DNA of 64,000 nt. It comes from the human T2T-CHM13v2.0 reference genome, Homo sapiens. The notes beneath the pieces are model-generated. The model was given only the letters and a program-made list of their open reading frames with translations, was not told the origin of the DNA and made no database searches. A program made the position numbers and the translations under genes. Below, piece by piece: positions 52,983-64,000 of the stretch. The stretch's first letter is position 1, and the number at the start of each line of letters is the position of its first letter. The stretch is taken from the NCBI RefSeq assembly GCF_009914755.1, contig NC_060928.1; one strand, written 5' to 3'.

Positions 52983-55149
52983 TATTAGGAAGTTAATTAG
53001 AAATTATTTGTTTTTCTGGAGTTTGTTATTTTCATGTGTAATTACACATAATCACTTTCTTAATTTATACACATTGTTTTGTATTTTTAAGGCCCCCCCC
53101 AAATTGTATAATCTTCCATTTGCACCAAATCCTGATCTCCCTAAGGGAGAAATTCAGCAAAATAACTTCGCTAGAAAATAATTACAATTAGACTTGAAGC
53201 CAGGACTGGTTGGTCTCAAAGAGTTCTTTCTATTGCACTTTCACCACCTTTATTATCAGTTAAACCTCAGTGTGAATACATTTCATCTCTTCTTGAGAAT
53301 AAGTAAATTTGGAGGGGAGAGGAAAACCAAGGAAGCTTCTGGAGAAGTTATTATTAAACACACAAAACACAGGCTACAAGTATCCGAACATAAGCTATTC
53401 CTACTTTACAATTTTGCCTAGACTTGTGTCACTGGCCTCTTGTTATATAGCTGACTAAAAATAATTACTTACTGCGTATACCTGAGTATAAACTCATATT
53501 TTATTCTTACCTTTGCATATCTATAAATTTGACTATGGTTTCACAACTGGCATGCCCATGAGACTGTCTAACGGGGAAAAAGAAAATTCTGCAATGCACC
53601 TTTTGTTTATGGAAATCTCTATCTCAGTAGTACCAACCTACTTTTATTTCTAGATGCTTTTTATCACTGTAGCAGTTATGCTATTGGTAGATGTACCCAG
53701 TGACAATTTTAGGACTTACATACCCAATAAATGCAATAAATAATTAAAGCCAGCATTAAATATGCTAATAAGTCTACATGTTTCCTAAAACAATTACACC
53801 AGCATTGTAAAACTGTTAAAATAGGAATATAGGCAAGCCAATCACACTCAAGATTTGATCATTTTTTAAAAGACTCACAGTTGCTCAGCCATTAAAGCTA
53901 GTGGAAAAACCTTCCTCTGGGGACTATTTTCCTGGTTCATTTTATACCATGCTAGAATTAACAAAAAAGAAAAAAAAAAGGACTAGAAGAACAAGAATCC
54001 TTAATAGAAGTAAACCACAACACACCTCATACACAGTTTTGGACAATGAATATTGTATTTTTTGCCAATAGCAAGCAACAGGCACCCTCTGCTTTTGTTA
54101 ATGCAGTTCAGCTGATATGACAGACAAAACTGAAAGAGAAGGAGAATGTGCTTTATCATCTGTAGCTGAATTTCAATTTTCTCTTTCAAGTACAGTTGAA
54201 TGCATTTTCTTTGCAACCCAAAGACAGAAGATCTTGATTACTGTTGCAAGAATAATCTCAGCCTTTGTGTGAAGAAGATAGGGAAAATAAATAGTCTCTC
54301 TGGAAGATGTGTCAGCTTTTGAACTTACAAAACAAGATATATTCTTGGAGGTAGGGAAATTAAATTAAGGTGAAATAGTATACCCATTAAAATGACAATT
54401 GAAGGCTTGTTTTGTAGACTATGGCTGGCTTCCCAAATGTCCTATGTTAGCCTCACCCCAGGGGCACAGACAACAGAACCAGGAACAAACAGGGTCAAGA
54501 CAGGTGCAACTGTCTGGGAATACAGGTCACTCAGGCCACAGGCTCTGTCATGAACTGCCAGCTCTTGTAAAATAAAGGTTCCAACTCCTTTCTCCCCACC
54601 ACCAATGTTTCAGGTCTTAAGAAAGAAAATGAATCGATATCTCTCCAGATTTCTTCTCATCTATATCCACATCAAAAAAATCAATCCAACACCAGCTCAG
54701 CTGGATTCTTTCTCTCTGTCTCAGGAGAATGCTAAGTGTGTCCCCTCTTGAGTATTAAGAAAAGTTGTGTCTCTCTGAGTCACCTTTCCTTTACTTCCAT
54801 TCAACGGACAGCATTTTAATTGTGGCTAATAAAGAGTACTTCATTGTCCCCAATATGATCAGAAAACACAAAATTAGTAACTAGTCTGTTATTGTTCTCT
54901 CTCAAGTATTCTGTCTCATGCACCCCTCGGTAATCCCTACGGCTGTCAACTCAGCACTGCTGTCCTATCCCCTTCCATACTTCTATCCCTCCTTCCTCTC
55001 CACTGCTCAAATTAAATAGCCCATTCCCAATTCATCAGACAAATCAGTCTGCAATAACAGATGACAGTGGCTTAAAGTGTAAATTTACATGGACACAAGA
55101 GATCAGGTCCCCCACTAAACACCTCACCCCTACCCTGGGTAATATTTTA

Positions 55150-56360
<1,211 letters not shown>

Positions 56361-57909
56361 GAAATGATCTTAGTTTTTATCAATTCCCATTGTTGATATG
56401 CTATCTTCTTTATTTACCTCTTATACAAAATAAGGCCCAACTCATTATCCTTCTCCTCTACTAAAAATTAACAATTACTCCAACCTACCTGTATTGATCC
56501 CTCTCCTTTTTCAACTACTATAGCTTTAAAATATACTATATTATACTGTATGCTAATAATTCCATCTGTAGCAATTGTGTCTTTCAAGCTAGATTTCAGT
56601 ACCCATTTATTTGAAAAAGTGTCACAGTATTAGAAAATAAAAAGAATGTGAAACCTTGTAACTAGAATCTAAAAGATGAGTTAAGTAAGGCAAGCAAGAA
56701 ATCATCTCCTAACTAGTGAGTTTAGCTACTAGTAAGAGAATAGATTCAGTCTCAATTCCTAGATAGGCATAAAATCCATTTTGATAAAACCCTAAGAGAA
56801 AATCTAAATGCACTTCAAGAAGACAGGCTTAACAATTGGAGGGTGCGTGTGTGTGTGTGATCTGTGCCTTTATGTATGTGGTGGGTGCTTTTTCGCCAAT
56901 GAGAGAGAGATTGTAAGTCATGAGCTAAATAGTTGGCCTTTCATGAGAAAGTACAGATTCTTCTCTGTAGGTCTCCAGGCTCATGATAGACTTTATCCAA
57001 CTTAAATTTCATCCACAAATTCATTTCATAAATAAAATAAATAAATGTAAAAGTATTTTCCATTTGAATGATTATTTCTGCAACAATTACACAGGCATTT
57101 TTGACATCTTAAAATAATAAGTATAGTAATTATTATAATAGCTATCATTTGTAGAGTACTTGCTATGCTCCAGGTATAGTGTTAACAGGTTTATGAAGCA
57201 CAAATGACAAAAAGTCATGTACTGGATATGTGGAGAAATAAAACAACCCTAGATTTCTCAGTGTTCCTATAAAAAGCCCAAGCCTCCTTCAACATGGAAA
57301 TATATTCACTATATAGTCAGAAAATCTTTAATTTCATTTCTCATAAAAACATTTTCACATACCACAAGGATTAAATCTGTAGCAATTTGTTTCCCTAATG
57401 ATGGAGCTAACTGTTCTGATCCAAAATTAAACTTAGCTCTCCCAAAATCAAAAGGTTACATACTGGGATAGTTTACCTAGTTACTCGGTGAAAGCATAGA
57501 GCAGAAAATTCCTAGATATTTATATTTTAAGGAAGAATAAGAGCCAGGGCTTGGAGACATCTCTAGGTCTGTGACACAAAGGGCTATGTGGCTCCTCTGG
57601 AGATTTTTATTTACATACCAAAGTGCTGGAGTTAGGAATCATGCCCATTATGTTTCCAAGGATACCCTTGCAGAAAGAGAGGTGGACAGCTGCCTCCTTG
57701 CCCTTAAATAAGCAGAGAAAATCTGTTTTTTCTTGTTCTTACATGGGTAGTTTGGCTTCTTGAGTAGAACAACTGACCTGGCTCTCACTGTCTCACCAGA
57801 AATGTAAGAACTGGTGGCAGGGGAGGAGGGGGGTCTTATTTCTCATTAAGAAATCTGTTACTGATATGGGGCACCTCAAATTCAGAATAAAATTAATAAA
57901 AACAAATAC

Positions 57910-58256
57910 TGCTATGATTTGAATGTTTGTGTTCCCCCCAAAATTCATTTGTTGACATTCTAACCCCCACAGTGATGATATTAAGAGGTGGGGGCCTTTG
58001 ATAGGTCACCCTCATTAATCAAATTAGTGCTCTTATAAAAGAGGCCCAATGAAGCTTGTTTGTCCCTACCACCATGTGAGAATACAGCAAGAAGATGTCA
58101 TTTATAAGCAAATGGTGCCCTCACCAGACACCAAATCTGCTGGCACCTAAGTCTTGGACTTCCCAGTCCCCAGAACTATGCGACATAAATTACTGTTGCT
58201 TATAAGCTACCCAGATTATGGTATTTTGTTATAACAGCCCCAAAAAGACAAAGACA
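57910..58256 (+). mobile_element. MLT1A-type MaLR solo LTR
   Basis: TGCTATGATTTGAATGTTTGTG...CCCTCACCAGACACCAAATCTGCTGGCACC; TSD AATAC/AATAT. Confidence 0.9.
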
Positions 58257-58848
58257 AATATTAAAAACTCAACATAATGTGAACTTTATATTTTTAGCAG
58301 TTCTAGAACTTCAGGTGTATAATATGTAACTTTATTATTACATCTTATTATAATTTCTGCCTTTGATTACCTAGCCTAGCATAAAGCTTCAATCTGCTTA
58401 TAAATTCAGATTTTCCTGTGATTTCTTATTCTGGTTTCAGAAAAAGCATATGTAACATTGAGGTATGAAGGGTGGCATTCAGATGATCCTCGTTCATTTT
58501 ATTTGTGATATCTTGGGGTGATATAACCTGTCATACACTGCCTCAACATGAATATTAAACATGGACTGCTACTAGAGCAGGTATTGAAAGTTATGGTCTC
58601 ACCGATGGACTTGATTCCCACCTCAGCTATGAGACATTCTCAATCAACAGATATTTCCGATAAATCATCCTATTGTCCTTATCATAGGCTTCCCACTCTG
58701 ATCGAGTTGGGGGTAGAAAAAATCAGTAACTGGCAGTCCTACACAAGTTCTAAACAATTTAGCGATACAAAGGAGTTGTCCTAAGATGAGATCAATATAT
58801 TACCTCTGCATCTAATAAAACAAATTTAGATAGTACAGTTTAATCTAT

Positions 58849-59418
58849 TGTATGATTAATTTTATGTGTCAACTTGACTGGGCTTAAAGATGCCCAAATA
58901 GCTAGTAAAACATTATTTCTAGTTGTGTCTGTGAGGGTGTTTCCAGAAGACATTAGCATTTGAATCAGTAAACTGAGTAAAGCTGCACCCTCACTAATGC
59001 GGACTTACGTCAGCCAATCTATTGGGGGTCCAACAGAACAAAATGGCAGAGAAGGGTGAGCCAACTCTCTCTCTCTTTAAGCTGGAACATCCATCTTCTC
59101 CTGCCCTCAAACACTGCAGCTTCTGGTTCACCAGATTTCACATTCAAAGACTTATATCAGTGGTCTCCCATGAGTCCTCAGGCCTTGGGTATTAGAGTGG
59201 AAGTTACACAATCTGTTCCTCTGGTTCTTACATTTAAGGAGTCCGTCTGAATAACACTATCAGCTTTCTTGGTTCCCCATCTTGGGACAACATATTATGG
59301 GACTTCTCAGCCTCCACAATTGCATTAGACAATTCCCCTAACAAATCTCTTCTTATTCCTATATCTATCTCTATATATCCTATTAGCTTTGTTTCTCTGG
59401 AGAACCCTGCCTAATACA
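58849..59418 (+). mobile_element. MLT2B (ERVL) solo LTR
   Basis: TTAATTTTATGTGTCAACTTGACTGGGC ... TCTCTGGAGAACCCTGCCTAATACA; perfect TSD TCTAT. Confidence 0.9.
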
Positions 59419-59998
59419 TCTATGAGCAATGGGTTTTCCAATATTATACAGATCTTCCCACTCAGTCTCAGCACACAGTATGAGGAAAGTCCTTCTCTTA
59501 CCCCTGTAAAATGGAAGAGCAGAGCAACTTCCTGAGGACAGCTGAATCCCAAGAAAAAAAGGAGGACAATGTTCTAGTTTCTTCTTCTAAAGTCGACGAT
59601 CATATAACTCCCTTAACTACTCACATAAAGGTTAGGTCAAGAGATCAAACATGTTATAACAGTGGACCTTCCACATAAAAGGAAACATCACAAAAAGAAA
59701 GAAAGCATTCTATAATCCCTTCCATATACCAATAATCTGCAGCATTTTTGTTCTACTAAACCACTGGACTTAATAATTAAGCTTATGGTCAGTCGGCATG
59801 GCTGTCCTTCAGAGAAGGGAATCAGCAATCTATCAAGACATTGCTTCTTTGCTTCTTCCATTTCATGAGTCACCTACACCATCTATGACTTTAGGTATTG
59901 TCTTCTGAGACCACTGTTAGCAGTTAAGATTTTTGAACCCCGAATTCTCCAAAGTAGGTCAAAACTACATTAATTAAATTAAATCAAATCTGTAGTCA

Positions 59999-60241
<243 letters not shown>

Positions 60242-60656
60242 TCATTCTATAACTAAGGCTGAAAACTGATTTCTAATTCTGTGTCTTATCAAAAATTATG
60301 ATAAGTATATATCTAGCATAATACATCAGGGTCCTGCAATGAGATCAAACAACTTAAGAAATTCCAAGAATATAATTCTAACATTATAGAGATAGGCCAA
60401 ATTTGAAAATAAGCCCTTTCAATTATTAAATTCCCAAGAATAAATTTAAGTCCAAAAACTAAATCACCTTGGAAATTCAAATAAAAAACCATTAACACTC
60501 AAAGAAATTAAAGTCCATTATCAAATTTTCATGCCCTTATGAGCTACACCTTGAAAATGTTCAAATCAGAATGCTTAGGTAAAAGTCAATAAAACATCAT
60601 GATGAATTTATTCTTCTGCCACCTCAGAGGCATTCTTAATACTTGGAATGGGCATA

Positions 60657-61253
60657 CAGTCATGTGCCACATAACAACATTTCGGTCAATGATGGACTGT
60701 CCTATAATATTAAAATGGAGCTCAAAAATTCACGTCAACTAGTGACATAGTAGTCCTTGTAACATTGTAGCGCAATTACTTAGTTTTTTTTTTTTTAAAT
60801 AAATTCAGTGTAGCCTAAGTGTACAGGGTTTATAAAGTCAACAGGAGTACACAGTAATGTCCTAGGCCTTCACATTTACTCACTACTCACTCACTGCCTC
60901 ACCCAGAACAACTTTTAGTCCTGTAGGCTGCTCATTCATGCTAAGTGCCCAAAACAGGTGTATCATTTTTTATCTCATACAGTATTTTTACTATTCCTTT
61001 GCTATGTTTATATATGTTTAACTACACAAATACTGACCATTGTGTTACAAGGACCTTCAATATTCAGTAAAGTAACATCCTGTACAGGTCGGTAGCCTAG
61101 GAGCGATTAGCTATACTATATAGCCTATGTGTGTAGTAAGCTATACCATCTAGGTTTGTGTAAGTACACTGTATGATGTTTGTAGAATGATGAACTCACC
61201 TAATGATGCATTTTTCAGAACATATATCCTTGCTGTTCAGCGATGCATGACTG
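60657..61253. mobile_element. Tigger3 (Golem) non-autonomous DNA transposon
   Basis: Terminal inverted repeats CAGTCATG...CATGACTG with TA TSD on both sides. Confidence 0.9.
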
Positions 61254-61399
61254 TAGTTCCTCCAGGGATTCAGATATTATATCACATCAAAGACAAATTT
61301 TTCCTAGCTACATTGTAAAGAGCCAAAAGAATAATCATCTGCAAAAAAAGGTGAGCTGTATCTCTATCATATTTTTATGACCTTTGATAAACTAAAACT

Positions 61400-62240
61400 G
61401 AATCAAAGATTTAAATGTACAAAGGGAAAGAAATATGAAACCATGAAGTACTAAATGAAAACACACAAATTCCTTTAAAATCTGGGGTGAAAAAGACATT
61501 TCTAAATGACTAAAACCCATTACATAAAGAAGGAAATACTGATAAATTGTACTATATTAAAAGAAAAATCAGGGTCAAAAGACAAATGACACACTAGAGA
61601 AAAAATATTTCAAACTCACATGATAGGCAAAAGATTCAACTCCATCATATAAAAAGAGCAGCTAGAACTCAAATGGAGATAACAGTAATAAATTCCTAAA
61701 AATGGTCAAAAAAAATGAAAATCACTTCACAGAAGAAGAAATTAAAATGGCCCTTAAAGAAATGCAAAGATATACAACTCATTCACATATTCTTATTAAA
61801 TAATAAATACAAATTAAAACAACACTGAGATAATATTTTTCACTTATCAGATTGTCAAGAATCCAAATTTTCATAATACTCTGTTAACGAAACAGATCTC
61901 ACACCATAAGAAGAATGCAAAATAGTACAACATATACAGGGAGAAATTTGGTAATACACAAACATTACACAGGCATTTATCTTTTGATACAGCAATTCTA
62001 CTTTTAGGAATTTATACATGCAAGCATCCACTAGCAGGAAACTGTTTATGATACATTCACATCACAAAATATTAATTCCATGCAACGAGGAAAAGTTTTC
62101 CACATATTGAAAACATGCAGTTGACTGAAAAAAAATGAGGTACAGAGCAGAGTGTGTGAAGTTTGCTATCTTTTGTAGAGAAAAGGAAAAATTAAGAACA
62201 TGGATTCCTATTTGTATGTGTCTGCATGTTAAAAGACAAC
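61400..62240 (+). mobile_element. Ancient L1M (L1ME-like) ORF2 3' remnant
   Basis: Degenerate GTCAAAAGACAAATGAC, AAATTAAAACAACACTGAGATA, CAGCAATTCTACTTTTAGGAATTTAT. Confidence 0.7.
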
Positions 62241-62249
62241 ACATTAGGT

Positions 62250-62475
62250 ATGCATAGTATGGTAGAACCTACTAAATGGATTACTTACTTACTTATGACT
62301 CTGAAGCCAGATTGCCTAAGTCTACTTCTGCCACTTTCAAATTAAAACCTTTTCGAGCCTATTTTTAAAATGGGGAGTATAGAAATTCTTACCTCAGAGA
62401 GTTGATACAAGATATAAATGAGTTAATATTTGCAAAGTACATAGGACTGTATTTGGACACTTAAGTATTATACAA
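62250..62475 (+). mobile_element. MIR
   Basis: GACTCTGAAGCCAGATTGCCT...AAAATGGGGAG...ACCTCAGAGAGTTG...AAATGAGTTAAT. Confidence 0.7.
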
Positions 62476-63138
62476 GTTTTTTTTTTTTAAGCAACAAACA
62501 ACTAAATAAATAGAACCTGTAGGCATGGGTAAATATATGAATAGAAGTAAGGTTTGTCAAATTTACATTTTTCCATCTGTTTTAACTTCGCAAATGTATG
62601 GTTCAAAAACAATACTAAAAGAATACATGTACTCAACACAACTGTCCCCACACCTATGTAATTTCAACACAGCCACTTTCCCAAACCCTAAAAGAGTTAT
62701 CCCAAAGCACACTGTGTTCTTAGAAACCGGAACTGAATGTCATCTAGAGGAAGAAGGGGACATGAAAATATTCTTGGTTGCAGCCTCATCAGGATGCTTG
62801 TCATTTATGTGAGTAACACAAAATCCTGAAAACTCCTATCAATACGATAATTTTGACATTAACGATTCATCCTACCTGGGAGTAAAATGCACTCAGTATA
62901 CTGTTGCCTCTCTCAGAGAATGACATTTGAGACATTCCTGCCTTACAGAAAAGTTTAAAAATTTCTAATCAAGTTCACCAGGTTTTAATTAAGTATAAAA
63001 TTTTCCCTCTACAATATGTTTTTAAAACTTTCATTTTCATTCCCTCTCTGAGCCCTCAGTTTCTGCCACTTTGGTGCAGCTAAAGGTGGACTCTATCTTA
63101 CAAAACAGAGCCTACCATCTCTGATAAGCATATATTTC

Positions 63139-63452
<314 letters not shown>

Positions 63453-64000
63453 CCATATATTTCAATCCTATATTACAGTAGTTCTTTCCACTGTTTCTTG
63501 TTATGGAATTCATAAGCTGGTGACCTGCCCCTCAGGGAGGGTCTCCTCTCTCATCTATTTATTTCAGCTGGAAAATCACTCTCAGCAGATTCCTGAATTG
63601 AAGCTGCAACTGATGATCCTGAAGCCTGAGCCTCCAGGGGCCCAAAGAGAACTAATTCCTTTTCCATGTGCTCCTGTCTTTCATCATAAAATTGTACAGA
63701 CCTTGAATAGCATTTTTTTCTGCTACATATTTTTCTGCAACAATGAAACACACCTCTACTTTTTATTTTCTTCTATCCTTCTATCTTTCAGAAAGTTTTA
63801 ACTGTTCTTAGCTATGTAATCAACTTAGGAAGTTGAATTTCTAACTGGTTAACCTTTTTATTAATTTGGTCTCTTCTCCAACACACATAGCATTAATGCT
63901 GTTTGCTGGAAATGAATACTTGACTACCTTATTTTTTTTCTAAGCATTAGTTTTTTTCTAACATACTCCTCTAGTTCTTAAGTTCCAGAATCTTCTTCTC

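Overview
AT-rich, repeat-dominated primate genomic DNA, almost certainly human: it carries an L1HS-Ta insertion and an AluYb8, both human-specific subfamilies. I cannot support any intact protein-coding gene. The provided ORFs are short and mostly derive from Alu, L1 or LTR sequence, so the window looks intronic or intergenic. The largest feature is a ~13 kb degenerate ERV1/MER4-group provirus with MER66-type LTRs and gag, integrase and env remnants (16913-29888). It is interrupted by a twin-primed (5'-inverted) L1 and by an L1PB carrying an apparent 3' transduction. Other notable items are a nested L1/LTR/Alu cluster, a possible ~14 kb inversion splitting an old L1, templated-insertion scars, a strong CTCF motif and a CATG-dense patch. 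I found no convincing new biological system; the findings are mainly retrotransposition and DNA-repair footprints. Repeat names come from recalled consensus features, not a database search, and boundaries of old repeats are approximate.
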